Part shown: in pieces, positions 27,303 to 35,687 of the stretch
Layout: each line of letters opens with the position of its first letter
Numbering within the stretch: position 1 is the stretch's first letter
NCBI GenBank assembly: GCA_017459985.1
Contig: JAFUBX010000014.1
Span: 535-64,534, forward strand
DNA length: 64,000 nucleotides
Source of the DNA: Parasporobacterium sp.
GTDB lineage: Bacteria; Bacillota; Clostridia; Lachnospirales; Lachnospiraceae
Direction: 5' to 3'
The notes under the pieces: model-generated
What the model saw: only the letters and a program-made list of their open reading frames with translations
Told to the model about the DNA's origin: nothing
Databases searched by the model: none
Made by a program: the position numbers and the translations under genes

Positions 27303-27869
27303 ATGAAAAAGAGAATTTTATCAATCGTTCTTGCTGCTGCAGTCAGCATGTTCTGCTTCGCAGGCTTTGCTATGGCGGCCGATGATCAGGCTGCAGGATT
27401 CACAGAGATCCCGATCTTCGAAGACGAAGAGCTGGCATTCATCAACCTGAGCGCAGTTTACTTCCAGCCGGTTCCGATGGCTCCCGGCCAGGAAAGCATT
27501 GAAGACTTTGATCTTCATCTGGAAGCAGATATCGCTGCTCTCGAAAACGACCTTGGCTACGGCGTTGGTGACTGGGTTCCGTATCTTACCGTTGATTACA
27601 AGGTAGTCGGCTCCAACGGCGAAGTTGCAGCAGAAGGTTCTTTCATGCCCATGGCAGCATCTGACGGCCCGCACTATGGCGCCAACATCAAGCTTCCGGA
27701 AGCTGATACCTATTCCATCACCTTCACGATCCACAGCCCGGCAGAGAACGGATACCTGATCCACTCTGACGCTGAGACAGGCCCGGGAGGAGTCCTGGAA
27801 GATGTCTTCGGTGACGGCAACCTGGAATACACCTTTGAAGGATGGGATTACATTCCGCAGGAGTGGTAA
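27303..27869 (+). CDS. P19/Tp34-type extracytoplasmic iron-transport protein
   Basis: ORF 27291..27869. ATG 27303 (MKKRILSIVLAAAV...) follows GGAGGA. Contains the HLEADIAA, FMPMAASDGPHYGANI motifs typical of the P19/FtrA/Tp34 family. Confidence 0.8.
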   Translation: MKKRILSIVLAAAVSMFCFAGFAMAADDQAAGFTEIPIFEDEELAFINLSAVYFQPVPMAPGQESIEDFDLHLEADIAALENDLGYGVGDWVPYLTVDYKVVGSNGEVAAEGSFMPMAASDGPHYGANIKLPEADTYSITFTIHSPAENGYLIHSDAETGPGGVLEDVFGDGNLEYTFEGWDYIPQEW

Positions 27870-27994
27870 GATCCCGGCGTGCTTGCTGAAAGCACGGAAC
27901 GTTCAAAAAGAAATAGTTTAAAAACATATTACGCTGTGGCGGCGCGTTCTGCAACGCCACAGCATAATGTGCGTTTAGAGGAAAGAGGAAAATC

Positions 27995-29242
27995 GTGCTT
28001 AAATATCTGGTAGATGCAACCTTACAACTTGTCGCAATGATGATCATTGTGGGAATGATCCTTGGGTTTGTAAGAAACTATTTCGGTGATAAGCCCGGAA
28101 AACTGATTCAGATCGCAGTCCTTGCGGGAGTTCTCTGCGCGGCAGCCATGGCGGTGATGAAAACAGTAACCAATAAGATCGATACCGGCGGATGGAACCT
28201 GTGGTTTTATTATATTTCTCTGGGATGCTTTCTGCTGTTTCTGGTCAGTACGGTGCTGTTTTGCCGGAAAAAGGTTCTGCATTCTCTCATTCCCTGCATT
28301 TTCCTGGGTGTGATCATTGTGATCCAGATGGTGTATGCACTGGCCGACTTCTTCGTTTATCCCCATACGATCATGCTGACAGAGGATTCTTTGCTGTCCA
28401 CTAATTTCCTGACTAAGATGTCAGGAGCTCTTGTGGGACTGATCGTGACTCTGATCGTCGGATTTTCCGCCAACGCGGTTGCAAAAGCCCTGAAAAGAGG
28501 CGAATCCCTGTTCTTTCTCTGCCTGATCCTGATCACGGTATCCTGCCGGCAGGTTGCGGCTTCCTTCAGTACGCTGCTCACCCGCAGGATCATCCCGAAT
28601 AATCATACGCTGTTTCAGATTGCCAAGTTTTCTTCCAACCACAGCAGTTTATTTAAATACATTTGTCTGGGCATTTTGATGGCAGCGGCCATTCTGCTTC
28701 TGATCAGGAGCCTGCGTGAAAATGAGCCCTACAGCAATCCTGCGCAGCGCCGTAAGATTATCTTCAAATACCGGATGATCCGGAGGTGGAGCACAACCGC
28801 ACTGATCTTCTCCGTGATCTGTATCCTGATGATGACGGTCATTTACGGGATTGCCAACAGGGAAGTGGAGCTGTCCCCAATCGAGGACTGTGAGATCGAA
28901 AACGGTGCGCTAGTCATTCCCTTTGAAATGGTGGATGACGGACATCTCCACCGCTTTGGGTATGAGACGGACAATGGAGTTGTGATCCGGGTGATCGTGA
29001 TCCAGAAACCCAATTCCTCCTCCTATGGCATCGGTCTGGATGCCTGCGATATCTGCGGAGAAACGGGTTATTACGAAAAGGATGGCCAAGTTGTATGCAA
29101 TCTGTGCGATGTGGTTATGAACATCAATACCATCGGTTTTAAAGGAGGATGCAATCCGATCGTGATCGATTACACAATTGAAAACGGCAGGATCCTGATT
29201 CCGGTTGAAGGACTGATGGAATACGAAAGTGAGTTCAAATAA
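27995..29242 (+). CDS. DUF2318-type membrane protein with a C-terminal Cys-rich domain
   Basis: GTG start behind AGAGGAAAGAGGAAAA. Multi-TM N-terminal half; C-terminal LDACDICGETGYYEKDGQVVCNLCDVVMN...GGCNP. Confidence 0.7.
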   Translation: MLKYLVDATLQLVAMMIIVGMILGFVRNYFGDKPGKLIQIAVLAGVLCAAAMAVMKTVTNKIDTGGWNLWFYYISLGCFLLFLVSTVLFCRKKVLHSLIPCIFLGVIIVIQMVYALADFFVYPHTIMLTEDSLLSTNFLTKMSGALVGLIVTLIVGFSANAVAKALKRGESLFFLCLILITVSCRQVAASFSTLLTRRIIPNNHTLFQIAKFSSNHSSLFKYICLGILMAAAILLLIRSLRENEPYSNPAQRRKIIFKYRMIRRWSTTALIFSVICILMMTVIYGIANREVELSPIEDCEIENGALVIPFEMVDDGHLHRFGYETDNGVVIRVIVIQKPNSSSYGIGLDACDICGETGYYEKDGQVVCNLCDVVMNINTIGFKGGCNPIVIDYTIENGRILIPVEGLMEYESEFK

Positions 29243-29244
29243 AC

Positions 29245-30531
29245 ATGTTTTTGAGAATGGTTCGCGGAACGCTGTTCCGCCAATGGAAAAAAATGCTGAT
29301 GATCGCTTTTACGATCGCCCTGGGAGCCTCCCTGTGCACTGCCATGCTCAGTGTGGTTCTGGACGTGAAGGACAAAGTGAATCAGGAACTGAAGGCCTAT
29401 GGCGCCAATATTACCGTGGTTCCCAAGCAGGCTTCCATTCTGAATGATCTTTATGAAGTGGAAGGACAGAGCGCGGGAACGGTGTATCTGAAGGAAGACG
29501 AACTGGGAAATATCAAGACGATCTTCTGGGCCTTCAACATTGTGGATTTTGCGCCGTTTGTGAATACAGAGGCGATCCTCGATGACGGATCTTCCGTGGC
29601 AGTGACCGGCAGCTGGTTCCATCATCATCTGTCTCTTCCCACCGGGGAGGAACTGGATGCGGGCATGAACAGCCTGAGAAGCTGGTGGGATATTACTGCG
29701 GGGGAATGGATCGATGAGGCTTCCATGGAAGAAACGGCTGTGATGATCGGTGATGCGCTGGCAGAACGGACAGGACTTTCCGCCGGAGATACGATCCACC
29801 TGAAGGGGACTGAGAAAGAGGGCAATTACTGGATTGCCGGCGTCTTCAATGCCGGCGGAGACGAGGATCAGCAGATTTTTATGCAGCTGAATGAAGCCCA
29901 GGCCCTTTCCGGGCTGGATGGCTGTGTAAACAGTATTGAGGTCAGTGCTCTGACAACGCCGGACAATGAACTGGCGGTCAAAGCAGCCCGGGATCCGAGT
30001 TCCCTGACTATCGCCCAGTATGAGACCTGGTACTGCACCGCTTACGTAAGCTCCATCTGTTATCAGATCCAGGAGGTGATCACCGATTCAGTGGCCAGCG
30101 CAGTACGGCAGGTGGCGGATTCGGAAGGAGCGATCCTTGATAAGACACAGCTTCTGATGATCCTGATCACAATTCTGGCCCTGGTGGGATCCGCCCTTGG
30201 TATCTGCAACCTCGTGACCGCCAGCGTCATGGAGAGGAGCCGGGAACTGGGACTGGTAAAGGCACTGGGTGCCTATAACCGCTCCGTGATGTCACCGGTA
30301 CTGACTGAGATCCTGATTACGGCTGTCGTAGGCGGGGTGGCAGGATTTTTTGCCGGGATCGGATTTGCCCAGATTATCGGACATTCTGTTTTCAATTCTT
30401 CGATTGCGATCCGGCCGATGCTGATCCCGATTGTAACGATCCTGGTATTGCTGGTGACATTCGCAGGATGCATTCCTGCTTTCCGGACAATATTGAAACT
30501 GGAGCCCACAGTAGTTCTGCACGGAGGTTGA
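29245..30531 (+). CDS. ABC transporter permease, FtsX/MacB type
   Basis: 428 aa: N-terminal TM, extracytoplasmic domain, C-terminal FtsX bundle (ERSRELGLVKALGA). Confidence 0.85.
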   Translation: MFLRMVRGTLFRQWKKMLMIAFTIALGASLCTAMLSVVLDVKDKVNQELKAYGANITVVPKQASILNDLYEVEGQSAGTVYLKEDELGNIKTIFWAFNIVDFAPFVNTEAILDDGSSVAVTGSWFHHHLSLPTGEELDAGMNSLRSWWDITAGEWIDEASMEETAVMIGDALAERTGLSAGDTIHLKGTEKEGNYWIAGVFNAGGDEDQQIFMQLNEAQALSGLDGCVNSIEVSALTTPDNELAVKAARDPSSLTIAQYETWYCTAYVSSICYQIQEVITDSVASAVRQVADSEGAILDKTQLLMILITILALVGSALGICNLVTASVMERSRELGLVKALGAYNRSVMSPVLTEILITAVVGGVAGFFAGIGFAQIIGHSVFNSSIAIRPMLIPIVTILVLLVTFAGCIPAFRTILKLEPTVVLHGG

Positions 30532-30541
30532 GAAAGATACG

Positions 30542-31684
30542 ATGAAGAAAAGAAAAATGTTTTACCGTATGGTCACAGCCTCGCTGATGAGAAGACGGTC
30601 CCGGATGCTGATCGCTCTTCTGGCAGTGGCCATTGGGGCAACGATTCTGTCGGGGCTGATGACGATCTATTTTGATGTGCCGCGGCAGATGGGGGCCCAG
30701 TTCAGAAATTACGGAGCCAATATGATATTCACTCCGGCGCAGGAGGAGTTTCAGCAGGCGGACCTGGAGCAGGGAATCTCTCTGATCGATCCGAAGGAAC
30801 TGGTGGGAGCAACCCCGTTCCGTTATGAGTCGGTCCGGATCCATGAACAGCCTCTGATGGCGGCGGCCACGGATATGGAAAGTGTCGGAAAGACCAGCCC
30901 CTACTGGTCTGTGGACGGAGAATGGCCCTCGGTTTCCCGTCAGGCAATGGTGGGAAAAACAATCGCCGAGAATCTGAATCTCTCCATCGGAGATCAGATG
31001 ACGATCAATTATACTCCGGAGGACGCGGATGAGGAAACGCCGGATAACTGGATCGACTGCAAGGTGACGGCGATCCTGAATACCGGCGGTTCGGAAGAAG
31101 AGTATGTATATCTTTCCATGGAGGATATGGAGGATCTCACCGGCGTTCCGGGGGTGATCGATCTGGCGGAGATCAGCGTTTCCGCCACGTCTGAAAAACT
31201 GTCTTCCTATGTGGAAACGATCAATGCTTCGGTGGATTCGGTCCGGGCGGAACTGGTTAAGAGAGTCACGGCTTCGGAGACCTCGGTCCTTTCCAAACTG
31301 CAGGCGCTGGTCCTGCTGGTAACGATCATTGTGCTGGCTTTGACAATGATCTGCGTTGCAACCACCATGACTGCCGTTGTCACCGAACGCCGCCAGGAGA
31401 TCGGTCTCAGAAAGGCGATCGGAGCTTCGGACGCCAGCATCATGAAGGAGTTTATGGGAGAAAGTCTTCTGCTGGGAGCCATCGGAGGAATCCTTGGAGC
31501 CATCGTAGGATTTGTATTTGCCCAGGTGGTCAGCGTGAATGTGTTCGGAAGTTCGATTTCCTTCCGCCCTCTGCTGGCAATCATAACCATCATTGTTTCT
31601 GTATTGATCACGGCGCTGACCTGTGTGCTGCCGATCCGGAGCGCAACCAGGGTGGACCCTGCATTAGTATTAAAAGGAGAATAA
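30542..31684 (+). CDS. ABC transporter permease, FtsX/MacB type
   Basis: 380 aa with the same architecture (ERRQEIGLRKAIGAS). Confidence 0.85.
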   Translation: MKKRKMFYRMVTASLMRRRSRMLIALLAVAIGATILSGLMTIYFDVPRQMGAQFRNYGANMIFTPAQEEFQQADLEQGISLIDPKELVGATPFRYESVRIHEQPLMAAATDMESVGKTSPYWSVDGEWPSVSRQAMVGKTIAENLNLSIGDQMTINYTPEDADEETPDNWIDCKVTAILNTGGSEEEYVYLSMEDMEDLTGVPGVIDLAEISVSATSEKLSSYVETINASVDSVRAELVKRVTASETSVLSKLQALVLLVTIIVLALTMICVATTMTAVVTERRQEIGLRKAIGASDASIMKEFMGESLLLGAIGGILGAIVGFVFAQVVSVNVFGSSISFRPLLAIITIIVSVLITALTCVLPIRSATRVDPALVLKGE

Positions 31685-31687
31685 ATC

Positions 31688-32374
31688 ATGAGTCTGTTGG
31701 AACTGAAACATGTATATAAAATCTACGGAGATCTGCATGCGCTGGACGATGTGAATCTGAAGGTGGAAAAGGGAGAATGGGTTTCCATTATGGGACCTTC
31801 CGGTTCCGGCAAAAGCACCATGATGAATATCATCGGCTGCATGGATAAGCCTTCCAAAGGAGAGGTCCTTCTGGACGGCGTGGATATCGCGAAGGAAAGC
31901 TCGAAGAATCTGACGCTGATCCGCAGGGACAAGATCGGACTGATTTTCCAGCAGTTTCATCTGGTGAATTATCTGAGTGCGCTGGAAAATGTCATGCTGG
32001 CGCAGTACTATCACAGTGTTCCGGACAAGGAGGAAGCGATGCAGGCCCTGGAACGGGTAGGCCTCGCAGACCGGGCCCGGCATCTTCCGTCCCAGCTTTC
32101 CGGCGGAGAACAGCAGAGAGTCTGTGTTGCCAGGGCACTGATTAATTATCCGGAGATTATTCTGGCGGATGAGCCCACGGGAAATCTGGATGATAAAAAT
32201 GAAGAGATCGTCGTGGATCTGTTCCATAAACTTCATGCAGAGGGGACAACCCTGATTGTGGTCACCCATGATCCGGAGGTGGCAGAAGTTGCCCAGAGAA
32301 CGGTGGTTCTGCGTCACGGAAAACTGGAACGGGAAGTGATCAACGAGAATTTTACCGGGACATTTCAGCACTGA
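31688..32374 (+). CDS. ABC transporter ATP-binding protein (MacB/LolD-like)
   Basis: Walker A GPSGSGKST, signature LSGGEQQR, Walker B ILADEPTGNLD. Confidence 0.9.
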   Translation: MSLLELKHVYKIYGDLHALDDVNLKVEKGEWVSIMGPSGSGKSTMMNIIGCMDKPSKGEVLLDGVDIAKESSKNLTLIRRDKIGLIFQQFHLVNYLSALENVMLAQYYHSVPDKEEAMQALERVGLADRARHLPSQLSGGEQQRVCVARALINYPEIILADEPTGNLDDKNEEIVVDLFHKLHAEGTTLIVVTHDPEVAEVAQRTVVLRHGKLEREVINENFTGTFQH

Positions 32375-32389
32375 GAAGGAAGGAAGCCA

Positions 32390-32848
32390 ATGAGAACAAA
32401 GTGGATCATTTTAGGAATTACAGGCATTTTGTGCACAATATTACTTGCCGGCTGCGGGGAGTCTTCCAAAAAGGCAGCCTGGAAGGATGGAACCTATACA
32501 GCCCAGAGCAGCGTGTTTACCAACGATGACGGATCAGAGGACGGCAATGGCTATGGCGTTGTTACCCTGACAATTAAAGACGGGGCAATTGCGGAGTGTA
32601 CGTATCAGACCTTTGAGGTGGACGGAACCCTGAAGGATGAGGAGTACGGAAAGCAGAATGGCTCCATTGCCAACCGGGATTATTACAGCAAAGCCCAGAA
32701 AGCGGTTGCAGCCTGCGATGAATATGCTAAAATGCTGATCGCCAATGAAGGGCTGGACGGGATCGACGCCATCAGCGGCGCCACTGTCAACTATAATGAA
32801 TTTGTGGAAGCGGTCAATCTGGCATTGAAGGAGGCGGCACAGGAATAG
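32390..32848 (+). CDS. FMN-binding-domain lipoprotein
   Basis: Lipobox LLAGC (Cys22). C-terminal DAISGATVNY matches the Dxx[ST]GA[ST] FMN-attachment motif of FMN_bind domains. Confidence 0.75.
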   Translation: MRTKWIILGITGILCTILLAGCGESSKKAAWKDGTYTAQSSVFTNDDGSEDGNGYGVVTLTIKDGAIAECTYQTFEVDGTLKDEEYGKQNGSIANRDYYSKAQKAVAACDEYAKMLIANEGLDGIDAISGATVNYNEFVEAVNLALKEAAQE

Positions 32849-32851
32849 CGC

Positions 32852-33361
32852 ATGAAGATCCTTTCCGCGGTCAGGCATACGGGAATCATACTCGCAGGAG
32901 TATTCTTGCTCCTGGGAGTTCCTTTGCTGTGCAGCGGCGGTTGGAACCGTCTGTTCTCCGGGGATCCGGATGCGGTTTCCAGTGCTTCGGTGATTCTGGA
33001 CAAGCCCTCGGGCCGTTATGTGATGCTGATCAACAGAGATTTTCATCCGGATACGGCGACGCTGGATGACTGGATCACGTTTTTTGAAGGCGGGGAGATC
33101 CTTTATATCTTCGAGGATATCGCTGTCTCGGTGGCGGAGATTGACGCCGGAGGGATCGAACTGGCAAACAGTTTCAGGTCCAAGCTTCCGGAGAACCAGA
33201 TGCAGGTGAAAAAGGAAGACATTACGCTTCTTCTGTCCCGGGCGGATCACGGCCTGTATGATATGATCCTTCTGTCGGAGGAGATCGCCCGGGCTTATCA
33301 TGCGGAAACGGCATATCTGCCTTTCTGCGAAGTCGTTTATATCAGCACGGAGGAAACATGA
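32852..33361 (+). CDS. Membrane-anchored hypothetical protein
   Basis: 169 aa with one N-terminal hydrophobic segment. No motif recognised. 3 nt after the previous stop, and ATGA overlap with the next gene. Confidence 0.5.
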   Translation: MKILSAVRHTGIILAGVFLLLGVPLLCSGGWNRLFSGDPDAVSSASVILDKPSGRYVMLINRDFHPDTATLDDWITFFEGGEILYIFEDIAVSVAEIDAGGIELANSFRSKLPENQMQVKKEDITLLLSRADHGLYDMILLSEEIARAYHAETAYLPFCEVVYISTEET

Positions 33362-33918
33362 GAAAGATAAACGCGATACTTGGCCCGGCGATGATCCTGC
33401 TGCTCCTGATTCATGTGATCACAGGGGTTTTTCAGCTGACTTCTGTGATACCCGGCGGTTCAATGATCCGGAAGGTGCTGGCGATCATTCTGACGGTGCT
33501 GGTGGGGATCCATATGGTGATCGGGATCCTTCTTACGGTTCAGACCCTTACAGCCTGCAGAAAAACCGGAGTATCGTATTTTAAGAATAACGAGCTGTTC
33601 TGGCTCCGCCGGATCAGCGGATTTGCCATGCTGTTTCTGATTATCGCGCATATTCTGATCTTTTCCGGCGAATCGGGGGAGGCGTTCCGTCTGCACAGCT
33701 TCGGATCGCTCCCTCTGATTTTAAGTCTGCTGCTGGTGCTGGCGCTGGCGATTCATCTGATCACGAATATCAGACCCCTGTTTATCGCCCTTGGCATTGA
33801 GAACCGGGTCTTCCTGAAGGACATTATGGTGATCCTCAGTATTCTTCTTCTGGTCAGTGCAGCGGCATTTTTGTTTTATTATCTCAGATGGAATGTGCTT
33901 TGGAGTTACAGCAGGTGA
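33358..33918 (+). CDS. Putative di-haem cytochrome b membrane anchor of an Sdh/Frd-type complex
   Basis: 186 aa, five hydrophobic helices, one His in each of helices 1-4 (LLIHVITG, LVGIHMVIG, IIAHILIF, LAIHLITN). Directly upstream of the flavoprotein and Fe-S subunit genes. Confidence 0.55.
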   Translation: MRKINAILGPAMILLLLIHVITGVFQLTSVIPGGSMIRKVLAIILTVLVGIHMVIGILLTVQTLTACRKTGVSYFKNNELFWLRRISGFAMLFLIIAHILIFSGESGEAFRLHSFGSLPLILSLLLVLALAIHLITNIRPLFIALGIENRVFLKDIMVILSILLLVSAAAFLFYYLRWNVLWSYSR

Positions 33919-33940
33919 GAGCGGATCGGGAGGATGTTCT

Positions 33941-35605
33941 ATGAAGGTCAACATTATCGGGGCCGGGCTGGCGGGACTGTCGGCAGCGATCACTCTCGCA
34001 AAGAAGGGGATCCCCTGTAATCTGGTATCGCTTCTTCCTTCGGAACGGGCCCAGTCGGTTCTGGCGGAGGGCGGAATCAACGGCGCTCTGAATACCATGG
34101 GCGAAGGGGATACCCCGGCGGAGCATTTTGAGGATACGATCCGGGCGGGGGTTTATCTGGCGGATGAGAACGCGGTCCGTAACCTGACGGAACAGGCTCC
34201 GGAAATCCTGCGGGAACTGCGGGATCTGGGAGTCCCGTTTCATCTGGAGAACGAGAGGATCATCCAGAGAAATTTCGGCGGTCAGAAGAAAAAAAGAACC
34301 GCGTACGCAAGGAGCAGTACCGGAAAGGTTCTGATGACGGCCCTGATTGATGAGACCCGGAAATATGAGGTCCGGGGACTGGTGACCCGGTATCCTCATC
34401 ATGAGCTGGAGGATCTGCTGACGGAGGAGCTTTCGGCCAATTCAAAGAGCAGCTGCTGCGGGGCGCTGATCCGGGATCACTATACCGAAGAGGCGATCGT
34501 ACTTCAGGGCCCGGTGATCCTGGCGACCGGCGGAATGAATGGACTTTTTCCGGGGGAGACCACGGGGACTGTGACCAATTCCTCCGATGCGGCAGCGCTT
34601 GTTTTTTCCAAAGGTGTCCGCTTCAGCAATCTGGAGATGATCCAGTACCATCCGACTACGATCCGGATTCCGGGGAAACGATGTCTGATCAGCGAGGCGG
34701 CCCGGGGTGAGGGCGGAAGATTATTTACTTTGCGAGGCGGGAATCCCTGGTATTTTATGGAAGAGAAGTATCCGGAACTGGGGAATCTGATGCCGCGGGA
34801 TGTGGTTTCCCGGGAAATGTATTTTGTGGCCCATGATCCAAACTGCTGCGGACAGGTATGGCTCGATCTGCGTCATCTGGCGGGAGAGACCTGGCGGAAG
34901 AAACTGCCGGATCTTCGGGAAGAAGTGATTCATTATCTTGGGATTGATCCTGCGAAGACTCCGGTCCCGGTTGAACCGGGCATCCATTATTTCATGGGCG
35001 GGATCGATGTGGACATCAGTCACCGCACCAGCTTCCGGAATCTGTTTGCTGCAGGGGAGTGCTGCAGCCAGTATCACGGAGCCAACCGTCTGGGAGGAAA
35101 TTCCACGATGGGGGCAATCTATGGCGGGAAAGTGGCAGCGCAAAGCGCGGCAAAGGCTCTTGCAGAATGTTCCGGGAAAATCTCCGGAATGCAGGCGCAG
35201 CAGACAGTCAAGGAAGGAAAGGGATTGGTTCCGGTTTCCGAAGAAGCCGCGCAGCAGATCAGCAAACTCCTGCTGGGCGCCCTGGGAATTGTCAGAACGG
35301 AAGCAGATCTGGAAGCCGCGATCGGAGAGATTGACAGAATGCTGTCAGGCAGGAAGGATCGTTCCGGAGATTGCACGGACTTCCGGGAACTTCCGGCAGC
35401 ACATTCGTCGAATCCCAAGGAACTGCGAAGACTCCTGCTGGCAAAAGCCCTGCTGCTGTCTGCCTCCTGCAGAAAAGAAAGCCGCGGCGCCCATTACCGC
35501 AGCGATTATCCCGAAACAGAGGATGACTTCCGGACAAAGATGATCAGTTATGCCGCCGGGGCAGAAGTATTTGCCGCTCCGGAGCAGGAACTTCCGCCCG
35601 GCTGA
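33941..35605 (+). CDS. Succinate dehydrogenase/fumarate reductase-family flavoprotein subunit
   Basis: ORF 33857..35605. Preferred start is 33941 (MKVNIIGAGLAGLSAAI). Carries QRNFGGQ, QYHPTT, ARGEGG, HYFMGGI, SRGAHYRSDYPE motifs. Confidence 0.85.
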   Translation: MKVNIIGAGLAGLSAAITLAKKGIPCNLVSLLPSERAQSVLAEGGINGALNTMGEGDTPAEHFEDTIRAGVYLADENAVRNLTEQAPEILRELRDLGVPFHLENERIIQRNFGGQKKKRTAYARSSTGKVLMTALIDETRKYEVRGLVTRYPHHELEDLLTEELSANSKSSCCGALIRDHYTEEAIVLQGPVILATGGMNGLFPGETTGTVTNSSDAAALVFSKGVRFSNLEMIQYHPTTIRIPGKRCLISEAARGEGGRLFTLRGGNPWYFMEEKYPELGNLMPRDVVSREMYFVAHDPNCCGQVWLDLRHLAGETWRKKLPDLREEVIHYLGIDPAKTPVPVEPGIHYFMGGIDVDISHRTSFRNLFAAGECCSQYHGANRLGGNSTMGAIYGGKVAAQSAAKALAECSGKISGMQAQQTVKEGKGLVPVSEEAAQQISKLLLGALGIVRTEADLEAAIGEIDRMLSGRKDRSGDCTDFRELPAAHSSNPKELRRLLLAKALLLSASCRKESRGAHYRSDYPETEDDFRTKMISYAAGAEVFAAPEQELPPG

Positions 35606-35687
35606 AAGGGCCGTCTTTGGCAGGCAGGAAAAGTGCTCAGGCGGGAAACTTGCTAATAATAAACAGAACCTTTTGCCTTGATGATTT

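Noticed and set aside
27933-27963. 9-bp GC-rich hairpin (GCTGTGGCG...CGCCACAGC) between the P19 and DUF2318 genes, and smaller hairpins at 27253-27269 and 27878-27896, considered as terminators.
   Set aside because: None is followed by a U-run on the coding strand. They may affect mRNA stability or processing, but they do not look like intrinsic terminators, so they do not break the proposed operon.
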